Positions 1 through 8,241 of a DNA stretch of 64,000 nucleotides are shown here, piece after piece; within the stretch, counting starts at the first letter, position 1; every line of letters begins with the position of its first letter. The notes under the pieces were generated by a model, which made no database searches, was not told the origin of the DNA, and saw nothing but the letters and a program-made list of their open reading frames with translations. The position numbers and the translations under genes were made by a program. The DNA lies in the NCBI GenBank assembly GCA_033763315.1, contig JANRKS010000032.1:96001-160000 (forward strand), read 5' to 3'. The stretch is from Deltaproteobacteria bacterium. GTDB lineage: Bacteria > Myxococcota_A > Polyangia > Fen-1088.

Positions 1-2
1 TG

Positions 3-458
3 GACGCCGAAGCGGCGCAGTTGCCGGTGACGAACGTCTCGTGGGCTGAAGCGGCTCGTTATTGCCAATTCGTGAAAGGGCGTTTGCCCAGCGAAGCCCA
101 ATGGGAACGTGCCGCGCGCGGTGTGGACGGACGCGCGTATCCGTGGGGGGATGAGCTTTCTTGCACGCAAGCGAATTGGGGCAATTTCGCTGATGAAGGG
201 CCATGTGCTGGCGTTGCCCCCGGCCATCCTGTGGCGGTGGGTTCATACCCGCAAGGCGCCACACCTGAAGGCGCGGTTGATCTGGCTGGCAATGTGTGGG
301 AGTGGGTGGACGATAAATACGAAGCAGACCGCACCCGCCGTGTGGTCAAAGGGGGCTCGTGTTGCAGCTACTTTGTGCAGCCCCGTGCCGCCAACCGCAA
401 CGCATGGGCACCCACCCATCGTGACGAGGATCTGGGGTTTCGCTGTGCGTATCGTTAG
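3..458 (+). CDS. Formylglycine-generating enzyme (FGE-sulfatase/SUMF1) domain protein, 5'-truncated by the window edge
   Basis: Motifs PVTNVSW..A..YC, RLPSEAQWERAARG, YPWG, DLAGNVWEW, RVVKGGS, GFRC; frame is open from the window start. Confidence 0.9.
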   Translation, partial: DAEAAQLPVTNVSWAEAARYCQFVKGRLPSEAQWERAARGVDGRAYPWGDELSCTQANWGNFADEGPCAGVAPGHPVAVGSYPQGATPEGAVDLAGNVWEWVDDKYEADRTRRVVKGGSCCSYFVQPRAANRNAWAPTHRDEDLGFRCAYR

Positions 459-2175
459 CGCTTGCGCGGCCGTGCTGGTGGTGTGCTTGGCGGCAGCGCC
501 CCACGCCGCGGCCAAAACTGCCAAGCGCGCGGCGGTTGTGAAGAAGAAGGCCGCCGTGCGGCCCCAGGTGATCCCTACGGCGCAAAAGCGCGAAGATGAA
601 GCGCCGCCCCCTTCGCCCACCGACCCCGATCGCGAGCGTATTTTGCGCGTGCAAGAAGCGCTTTACAGTCTAGTGCATGGCCCTGTGTTGGGGCGCGTGC
701 GCACCACCATTCGCGTGGTGGAAGCGCGCACGGGCCGCGTGTTGTACGACCGTGGCGCGCACGCGCTGATGGATCCTGCGTCGAACCAGAAGATCCTGGC
801 AACGGCGGCGGCGCTTTACCGCCTGGGAAACAACTTTCGTTACCGCACCGATGTGCTTGGGCCGGCCCCCGACGAAGAAGGTGACGTCAAAGGCGATCTG
901 TTGCTGCGGGGATCAGGTGATCCATCGCTCGCGGCGCGCGATTTGGATCAACTGGCGTCCCAGCTTGTGACCGCGGGCGTGCGTCGTGTGACGGGCGATG
1001 TGGTGGCGGATCGTCGCTACATTGGTGCTGATGAGGCAACGGCCAGCGCGCGCTCGCCGTTGGCGGTCAGCCGTGGCGCCATCGTGGTGCGGGTGCGTCC
1101 CGGCGATCATGTGAACGCGCGCCCATCCGTGCTTTACGAGCCCGCGGTGGATGGCATCGTCATCGCGAACCGCGCAACCACAACCTCGCGCGGCCGCACA
1201 CGCATTTCTGTGGTGGTGGGCACCGAAGGAGGCCGCATCGTTATCAACGTGACCGGGCGCATTTCCATGCGACACGCGGGTGTTGTGTTCCGCCGCCGTC
1301 CAAGCACGCCCCTGCTCTATGCAGCGGCCTTGTTGACGCAGGCTTTAGGCCGCCGCGGTGTTTACGTGCAAGGCGCGCCCGTGGTTCATGACGGCGCCAA
1401 GACACCAGAGCGGGCCGAAACGCGCCACGTGTTGGCCTCGCACTTATCAGCACCTTTGCCAGAGCTGATGCGCCCGATCAACAAACACTCGAACAACGAG
1501 TATGCCGATCGTTTGCTTGAAACGCTGGGCGGGCAAATGTATGGCGGCGCGCCGTCGATGGAAAAGGGCGTGCGCGCCTTGCGCAGCGCTTTGGCTGAAC
1601 TGGGACTGCCGGACGCCGCCTATCACTCGACCAACGGCTCGGGTTTGGGGCACACCAATCGTTTGTCGCCCGAAGGGCTCACGAACTTTCTGCGTATGCT
1701 GTATTTCGATCCACGGCTTGGGCCTGAATTGATTCAATCGCTTTCGGTAGGCGGCGTTGACGGCACAACCCAGCATCGTTTCGCAGGCAGCGTGGCCTCG
1801 CATCGCGTTCGCGCCAAGACGGGCACATTGAACGGTAAATCATGTTTATCGGGCTACGTTGGCGATGAGTCCGAGATCCTGATTTTTTCCATCATGGTGG
1901 ATCACGTGCGTGGACGGGGCGTGAATCCCGTGCGCAAGGCCCAGGTGCGTGTGGTTGAAACGCTGATGGGCTACGCCAAAGGCTTGGTTGGCGACGCGGC
2001 CGTTGAGCGACCTGATCCTGGCACTGACTTCGAGGGTGGCGAAGACATCTTAGAAACAGAAGAGCCCGAAGCCGCGCCCGGCGCACCCGAAGCGCAACCA
2101 ACAGAAACCGACAAGACCGACGACGAGGGCAACCCAGATAACCCCACGAGCGCCCTCGATCCGGACGGCGTCTAA
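445..2175 (+). CDS. dacB: D-alanyl-D-alanine carboxypeptidase/endopeptidase (PBP4, peptidase S13)
   Basis: PASNQK (SxxK), GSGDP, KHSNN (SxN), NGSGL, AKTGTL (KTG); signal peptide from GTG 445; acidic disordered C-tail. Confidence 0.9.
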   Translation: MRIVSACAAVLVVCLAAAPHAAAKTAKRAAVVKKKAAVRPQVIPTAQKREDEAPPPSPTDPDRERILRVQEALYSLVHGPVLGRVRTTIRVVEARTGRVLYDRGAHALMDPASNQKILATAAALYRLGNNFRYRTDVLGPAPDEEGDVKGDLLLRGSGDPSLAARDLDQLASQLVTAGVRRVTGDVVADRRYIGADEATASARSPLAVSRGAIVVRVRPGDHVNARPSVLYEPAVDGIVIANRATTTSRGRTRISVVVGTEGGRIVINVTGRISMRHAGVVFRRRPSTPLLYAAALLTQALGRRGVYVQGAPVVHDGAKTPERAETRHVLASHLSAPLPELMRPINKHSNNEYADRLLETLGGQMYGGAPSMEKGVRALRSALAELGLPDAAYHSTNGSGLGHTNRLSPEGLTNFLRMLYFDPRLGPELIQSLSVGGVDGTTQHRFAGSVASHRVRAKTGTLNGKSCLSGYVGDESEILIFSIMVDHVRGRGVNPVRKAQVRVVETLMGYAKGLVGDAAVERPDPGTDFEGGEDILETEEPEAAPGAPEAQPTETDKTDDEGNPDNPTSALDPDGV

Positions 2176-2178
2176 ACG

Positions 2179-3573
2179 CTAAGAGCCCGCGCGGACGAAG
2201 GCGTACAAATCAGCGAACACGCCCGCGGTCCAGCCCATCATCGTTGTGGCCTTGTATTCAAGGTCGTTGATGCGGCCTTGGCGGTTGTCGTACTTCTCAA
2301 ACGTGCGCCCAATTGCGCGCTCCACAGGCTTGCCCTTGCCGTCTGTATAGCTGCGTGGCTGCGGATCAAGATAGTTCTTCGTCACGAGATCCAAGAACTT
2401 GCTGGCCACGCGCTTGGCTTCGGCTTTCGCTCCATAGCGAGCCAGGCCATGCACGACGATCGCTTGCATTGGCGCCCAGATTGAATTTTCTCCCCACTGG
2501 TAGTCGCGCGGCGCCGACACAGGCTCGTTGGTGATCACGCCCCACTCGCGCTCAATGAGCGGCAGATTCTTGATGACGCGTGCCGCTTGCGCCGGGCTCG
2601 CCAAACCGGCCCATAGCGGCGCAAAGCCAAGCGCCGTGAACATGCGGCTTTGTTTGCCATTGGCCACGTCATAATCAACGAACACACCACGCGTTTCATC
2701 CCACAAGTATTGGTTGATGAGCGCCTTGCGCTTGTCGGCCAAGGCTTGCCAATCGGGCTCGCCCTGCAAGTTCAGCGTCTTGACCATCCAGGCAAAGTTG
2801 GTTTCGTAAACCCACAGATTGGTGTTCAGCTCAACGGGCGCAAAATCCAAACACCGGTGCTCGAAGCGCCACGTAAAGTCCATGCCGGTGGCCGCTTCAC
2901 ACGCCATGTGTTGCGCTAGCTTCAACTTTTCGGCGGCAGACGCGGCAGGCGGCAGCCCTAAGCGTTTCGAGAACTCATCGTAAAAACGCTCAAGCTCCTT
3001 TGGCCCCACGTGTTGCCCGAAGCGCGCCAAGCCTTCGATCGCCGTTTTGTGTTCCTCAACCAACGGCTTTGCCGTGTCCGTCCAGAACGCATATTCCTTT
3101 TTGAGCGTGTCGTAAGCTTTGCGTAGGAAGTGCGTGTTGGCTTCGGGGTTGTGCGGCAGGGGAGGGTTTTCGTAAGACAGCCGCACGAGTGGCGAAAGGT
3201 AGGGCGGCTGCGATCGGTTCATGCCCCAATCCGTCGGCGCGGCGTTGCCCATGTAGCCGTGCTTTTCAACAATCGAAAGCAGGTTGCGGGCGTCGTTGCG
3301 CGCGAGTGTTGGACGTTGGTGCGCGATGAGCCCCGAAGAGATGAAGTACGTGTCCCAATAAAACATGAACGGCACGCCGGGCCAGCAGCCAATAAACGGC
3401 ACGGGTAGATCGGCTGCCTTGCTGATCTCGCCATCCCATGCGCCGGCGATGTGCGCGTTGACTTGCGCCCATTGCTTAGCGAACCGCGGTTTGGCGGGCG
3501 GTGCCGCCACGGCGGCGTGGCCGCTGGCGAAAGCAACGGAGGCGAACAGGAACGACACGAAACCGCGAGGCAT
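2179..3573 (-). CDS. Secreted trehalase-like glycoside hydrolase (GH37)
   Basis: FYWDTYF, NRSQPP, EAATGMDFTWRF, PVELN, QWG..IWAPMQ, FEKYD, GWT motifs; signal peptide. Confidence 0.85.
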   Translation of the reverse strand: MPRGFVSFLFASVAFASGHAAVAAPPAKPRFAKQWAQVNAHIAGAWDGEISKAADLPVPFIGCWPGVPFMFYWDTYFISSGLIAHQRPTLARNDARNLLSIVEKHGYMGNAAPTDWGMNRSQPPYLSPLVRLSYENPPLPHNPEANTHFLRKAYDTLKKEYAFWTDTAKPLVEEHKTAIEGLARFGQHVGPKELERFYDEFSKRLGLPPAASAAEKLKLAQHMACEAATGMDFTWRFEHRCLDFAPVELNTNLWVYETNFAWMVKTLNLQGEPDWQALADKRKALINQYLWDETRGVFVDYDVANGKQSRMFTALGFAPLWAGLASPAQAARVIKNLPLIEREWGVITNEPVSAPRDYQWGENSIWAPMQAIVVHGLARYGAKAEAKRVASKFLDLVTKNYLDPQPRSYTDGKGKPVERAIGRTFEKYDNRQGRINDLEYKATTMMGWTAGVFADLYAFVRAGS

Positions 3574-3599
3574 GTGCCGTTCTTAACACAACCCTCTCG

Positions 3600-6047
3600 C
3601 TACGGCACAAGGTCGATGAGACCTGCGATCGGGGCGTCTGGGTCGGCATCGCTTGTGGCCCAGCGCCAATCGCCATCATCTTCGAGGCCTTGCCTGCCTT
3701 GGTCGTGATTCACCAGTTCAAACGCGAACGTAGAACCGGCTTGTGGTTTCGTTTGCAGCCGCGACCACGGAATCGCGAGTTCAGCGGTGTAACCGTCTGG
3801 TGTTCGAACAACGCCGGTCTGTACGTCATTTTGCCTAGGCGTGCCTTCCAGGCGCGCTTCGGCGAACCCAGGCGTGATGTGCAAAGTGTCCTCATTGCCT
3901 TTGAGAGCCAATCCCACCCGCACACCATCGGTTTGGTTGCTGTCAGCTCGCACTTCGGGTGTGGGATCCTTGACCCACACGGCGACGTAAAGCTTGGTCT
4001 CGTCCCACGTCACATCAAACTGCGCTTGGCTGCGCGGCCGGCCTGTGCCCACGAGCTTGGACACGGGCACCTGGCGTGTGAAGATCTTCGCATCGGGCAC
4101 GCCGTCAATGACAGGCGTGAGTTTTGCGTGAGGCACAGCCAGATGTGGACGCGCAGCCTCAGCGGCCGCATGAGCGGCGGCGATGTCCGCGCCAAAGCCA
4201 GGCTTGAGCAACCACACCTGCGGAATGCGTGCGTCCGCGAACGGGACCAACGTGATCTGCGTCGGCTTGCCCTCGTCTTGTGCTTTCGCGACGCCGAGAA
4301 CGCGTGCCGACACCTTGAAAGCCAACCGCCCTTTGCCAGCTACGGGTGCAAGAGACGGCGAGGGGGTCGCGTTCGTCAGCACAACTTGTTCCCGCAGCGC
4401 GGGTGGCGGGTTGGTGCCGTTGGGGTCCATGGCCAGCACTTGCGGTCCACGCACAAGAGCCACGCGCCCCGGGTAGCTGGGCGCTCCGTCAACCACTCGC
4501 ACGGGCAGATCCATCGTGATTGTTAAATTGTTGGTTCTCTGCCACGCGCGTTCGATGCGCATGAAAGAACCAGGCGTGCCCGGGGCCGCTTCACCTGACA
4601 CGGCGAACGATGTGGCCCACGCCGGCACCCGCAAGAACAGTGGGAAGGTGGCGGGCTTAGAGGAAGTGACGCGCAAGCTGATTCGGCCGCCGCGCGGAAA
4701 ATCAGTCTTGGCTTGCACTTGCACATCAACGGTTCCCGTGGGCTTTTGCACTGTGAACGCCGCTTTGCCTTCGCTGTAAAGCAAGATCGCGGGTTCACCA
4801 TCCAGCTTGCCCCACGCAAGTTCTGGCAACATGGCTATGCCGCGCGGGCCGCTCGAAACGCAACAGTTGATCCCGGGTGTGTACGGCTTGCGGCCATTGA
4901 GCGGCGTGTAGTAACAAAAGTCGCCGTTGTGCGCGTCTTGCGCCGCCAAGAGATGGTTCATCACCGTTTTTTCGATCTCGTCGCCAAACCGCGCCTCGCC
5001 CAGCAGCTCAAGCAGCTCACGGTTAAATTCAAGCCAATTGACCGTCACGCACGTCTCGGCGATGCTGTTTTTTACCTCGCCAGGCAGCACGCGCGCTTCT
5101 TGAAAGTGTTCTTTTGAACTGGCGCTGCCCGTCAGATAGAGGCGGTTGTCGGTGATGTCTTTCCAAGCGGCAAGCGATACGTTCAAGAGCTGTTTGTCTC
5201 CCGTGACTTCGTACAGCTTCAGCAAGCCAATCAAGTTGGAAATCATTTCATAAGCTTTGGCGTTTGCGGTTTTAAGCACCGAACCTGTTTGCGCCAAAGT
5301 GCTTACGATGCGGGGGCCGTTGGGTTGTTCATAGGCCTTGAGGATGTACTTACAGAACTGCAGATAGCGGGCGTCACCCGTTGCACGGTAAAGCTCAACC
5401 ATCGGGTGCAACACGCTGGTGGCGGCCATGCCCACGTGGGTGCCTGCCGCAACGATGTCGCGCTTGTTGGTACCGAATGTGTTAACAAGCAAATCACCCA
5501 CACGTCGCGCGGCGGTCAACGCCGAGGCGTCGCCCGTGGTCTGATGGTAGGCGAGCAGCCCCAGCAGATCATACTTGTGCACCCACACGTCCCAACTTGA
5601 CCAACGGTCCTTGTCTGCATACGTGCCAAGGTAACCATCGGCCTTTTGTGTGGCGATCAGCTCCTTCGCCATGCGATCCATTTGTTTTTTCAGCCGTGGA
5701 TCATGGCTGTAGTTGTACACGCGCGCGGCGGCGTCGAGATATTTTCCAATGTGCTCGCCAATCCAAGGGTGTTCGCCTGGGCGCTTGCGGAAGCCATCGA
5801 GCAAACCGGCTTCATCCACGCGCAAGAGCCGGCCTTCCAAATTGGTGCGAAAACGCTCACCCAGCACCCCACCCAGATGTTGGGCGCCGGCAGGCAGGGG
5901 CGCATAACGTCGAGGCACCACGTCGGCCACCGCGGGCGCCGCTGTGGGGGCGGCGAGGGCCGGGCCACCTGCAGCGGCAAACGTCACGAAACTGACGCTG
6001 GTGAAAGCCACGAAACGTGCAATATCCAGCGATGTAATCGTTTGCAT
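3600..6047 (-). CDS. GH127/GH146 beta-L-arabinofuranosidase-like hydrolase with C-terminal CBM9/DOMON-like domain
   Basis: W.GEHIGKYL, KAYEM, ETCVTVNW, YYTPL, NCCVSSGPRG; C-terminal PVIDG..WDETKLY..GYTAELAIPW; start estimated at MQTITS. Confidence 0.85.
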   Translation of the reverse strand: MQTITSLDIARFVAFTSVSFVTFAAAGGPALAAPTAAPAVADVVPRRYAPLPAGAQHLGGVLGERFRTNLEGRLLRVDEAGLLDGFRKRPGEHPWIGEHIGKYLDAAARVYNYSHDPRLKKQMDRMAKELIATQKADGYLGTYADKDRWSSWDVWVHKYDLLGLLAYHQTTGDASALTAARRVGDLLVNTFGTNKRDIVAAGTHVGMAATSVLHPMVELYRATGDARYLQFCKYILKAYEQPNGPRIVSTLAQTGSVLKTANAKAYEMISNLIGLLKLYEVTGDKQLLNVSLAAWKDITDNRLYLTGSASSKEHFQEARVLPGEVKNSIAETCVTVNWLEFNRELLELLGEARFGDEIEKTVMNHLLAAQDAHNGDFCYYTPLNGRKPYTPGINCCVSSGPRGIAMLPELAWGKLDGEPAILLYSEGKAAFTVQKPTGTVDVQVQAKTDFPRGGRISLRVTSSKPATFPLFLRVPAWATSFAVSGEAAPGTPGSFMRIERAWQRTNNLTITMDLPVRVVDGAPSYPGRVALVRGPQVLAMDPNGTNPPPALREQVVLTNATPSPSLAPVAGKGRLAFKVSARVLGVAKAQDEGKPTQITLVPFADARIPQVWLLKPGFGADIAAAHAAAEAARPHLAVPHAKLTPVIDGVPDAKIFTRQVPVSKLVGTGRPRSQAQFDVTWDETKLYVAVWVKDPTPEVRADSNQTDGVRVGLALKGNEDTLHITPGFAEARLEGTPRQNDVQTGVVRTPDGYTAELAIPWSRLQTKPQAGSTFAFELVNHDQGRQGLEDDGDWRWATSDADPDAPIAGLIDLVP

Positions 6048-6234
6048 TCGCAAAAGGTAGCACAGGGCAGACGTGCGGGAAGCGCAAAACACCTGGCGGG
6101 GCGGCCGCGCGTGCGGAATGTCACCAGAGCCTCCTGTCACACACCACCTGGCCAGTGGCAACGCGGGCGCGTATCATGCGCGGCGGCGTTTTTCGCAGCT
6201 GGACAGGCAGCGCGCCGCCATCGGGAGCATTTTC

Positions 6235-7527
6235 GTGTCACATCCAAAACCACCACAAATCGAAGCGGCGTTCGAAGATTTTAGAAAACACCTGGCCCAA
6301 GTGGAAGGTCCGCATCTGGATCCACTTGTGGCCCCCTTTGCTGAGATGGAGCCAGGCATCATCAAGATGCTGGGTGGCGCCTTCAATATCGCGAAGCCCG
6401 AACACCGCATCGTGGCCTTTATGGTGGGCGCCACGTTTGCCATGCGCCTGGAAAAGGATGTGAACGCGTTTTGGTTTCCCAACCGATCGAGCGGCTTTGG
6501 CGCGGCGATGGGTTTGGTTGAGGCCGTGGGCGTGGTCTCGCCGATTGAGGCGGCCTCGCGTGCGTTGGCCCGCGGTCAACTGTCAGAGTTAGACGATCTC
6601 TACAAAGATCTGCGTGCTGTTGTGGCACGCGCCACGCTGTCGCCCGAAGCTGTGGGGCTTGGCGGGCAACGATTGCAGCCGCAAGATTATCAACGTTTGT
6701 TCGATCCAGGCTTGGCGCAAGTGGCGTGTTTAGACACGCGCGCCGTGCAAACGCTGCTCGCCACGCCTGTGAACCAGGCACGGCGTGACATTGAGGACGC
6801 GATCAGCCGCGCCGCTCAGTTGCCTGATCCTGTGAAGACGCAGATTCGCGCGCAAATCGGCGGCGCCTTGGGGCAGATGGATCCCGACAAAGCCCTGGCA
6901 GAACAGTTGCCGCGATCAACCTCGTTGTGCGAGCTGTTGGCGTGGATTCATGGCGCACGCGCTTCCAGTGGTTTGGCGCCTGAAGAACTGTGGCGCGAAC
7001 TGGTGGTGCCGCTGTTGCACATCGGCGCCGCAGAAACTTTCCCTGCGTTGGATGCCGAAGAAGTGGCGCAGATCGAGCCCGGTTCAGATCCGTTGCTGCT
7101 TTATGTTGATATCGTTCCCTTCGCCACGCCCGCCGCCGACGAAGACGGCGTGATTGGCGTGTTCCCCGTTGAGTCCGCGGAATCTGTGGTGCCGATGGAA
7201 GAGGGCTTTCCGCGTTTGGTGAAAGTGGATCCGTCGGCGCTTGAAGTGGTGCTGGCGAAATTCGATCCAACAGCCACGCGCACGTCCGTCGAGAAATTCC
7301 GTGCCCATGTGGTGGCCGCCGGTGCCCCCGAGCCCGGGCCGATCGAATCACCGTTGTTTGAAGCGGCCTTATCGCTCATTGATGATTTGGCGACGGTATC
7401 GAAATCCGCCAAAGAATCAGGCGGCGTGTTTTGCGTTCGTCGCGCCACTGAAGCAGAAGCCTCATCGGAGGCGGCGCTTCACTTGGTGCGACAAAGCTTG
7501 CAAGCGCCGCGCATCATCTTGGCCTAG
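6235..7527 (+). CDS. Hypothetical protein
   Basis: Long ORF with protein-like composition; GGGAG Shine-Dalgarno before GTG 6235; no family recognised. Confidence 0.75.
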   Translation: MSHPKPPQIEAAFEDFRKHLAQVEGPHLDPLVAPFAEMEPGIIKMLGGAFNIAKPEHRIVAFMVGATFAMRLEKDVNAFWFPNRSSGFGAAMGLVEAVGVVSPIEAASRALARGQLSELDDLYKDLRAVVARATLSPEAVGLGGQRLQPQDYQRLFDPGLAQVACLDTRAVQTLLATPVNQARRDIEDAISRAAQLPDPVKTQIRAQIGGALGQMDPDKALAEQLPRSTSLCELLAWIHGARASSGLAPEELWRELVVPLLHIGAAETFPALDAEEVAQIEPGSDPLLLYVDIVPFATPAADEDGVIGVFPVESAESVVPMEEGFPRLVKVDPSALEVVLAKFDPTATRTSVEKFRAHVVAAGAPEPGPIESPLFEAALSLIDDLATVSKSAKESGGVFCVRRATEAEASSEAALHLVRQSLQAPRIILA

Positions 7528-7592
7528 CGCCAAGGCTGCTCCGGTCGGTGGTCGTGTTGCTGCCGCCCGGAGCTTCTTGCAAGCTACGTTGC

Positions 7593-8228
7593 ATGGCACC
7601 GTTTTTTGATCCGCAACCCACGCCTTTGGGCGGGCTCGATTCGCCGTCCACTCATAGGAACCGCGATCCGATACTTGACGTGTTAAAGCGCGTCCTGCCA
7701 ACGCGGGGGCTGGTGCTGGAAATCGCGAGTGGAACAGGGCAACACGCAGCGTACTTCGCAGCCGCCTTGCCACACTTGCTGTGGCAGCCGTCAGACATGG
7801 TTCCTAAGCACCGGCAAAGCATTGCTGCGTGGCGAGCGCAAGGCAATCTGCCGAACCTTCTGGCGCCCGTGGCAATAGATGTGGAACAGTGGCCTTGGCC
7901 GATCGAGCACGCAGATGCGGTTGTGAACATCAATATGATTCACATCGCTCCGTGGTCAGCGTGTGCGGCGCTGATGCGTGGAGCGGCTGCGGTCTTGGGC
8001 CCAGGCTCGCCCCTGTTTTTGTACGGTCCCTTCAAGCGGGGCGGCGCACACACAGCGCCTAGCAACGAAGCGTTTGACGAACGCTTGCGTGCCGAGGATC
8101 CCGCCTGGGGCGTGCGCGACCTAGACGAAGTAGCGCAGCTGGCCGCGGAGCAAGGTTTCACGTTAAGTGAAATCGTTGCCATGCCCGCCAACAATCTCTC
8201 GATCATTTTCATGCGCCACACGCCTTGA
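7593..8228 (+). CDS. DUF938 family SAM-dependent methyltransferase-like protein
   Basis: RNRDPIL, VLEIASGTGQH, WQPSD, NMIHIAPW, LYGPF, SNEAFD, WGVRD, MPANNL. Confidence 0.92.
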   Translation: MAPFFDPQPTPLGGLDSPSTHRNRDPILDVLKRVLPTRGLVLEIASGTGQHAAYFAAALPHLLWQPSDMVPKHRQSIAAWRAQGNLPNLLAPVAIDVEQWPWPIEHADAVVNINMIHIAPWSACAALMRGAAAVLGPGSPLFLYGPFKRGGAHTAPSNEAFDERLRAEDPAWGVRDLDEVAQLAAEQGFTLSEIVAMPANNLSIIFMRHTP

Positions 8229-8241
8229 GGGGGCGCTGCGC

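Noticed and set aside
109-444. Long N-terminal extensions in the ORF track (dacB from 109, hydrolase from 23589, lipoprotein from 27390, clpX-like from 46478)
   Set aside because: They overlap neighbouring genes; downstream starts fit signal peptides, Shine-Dalgarno sites or stop/start overlaps better
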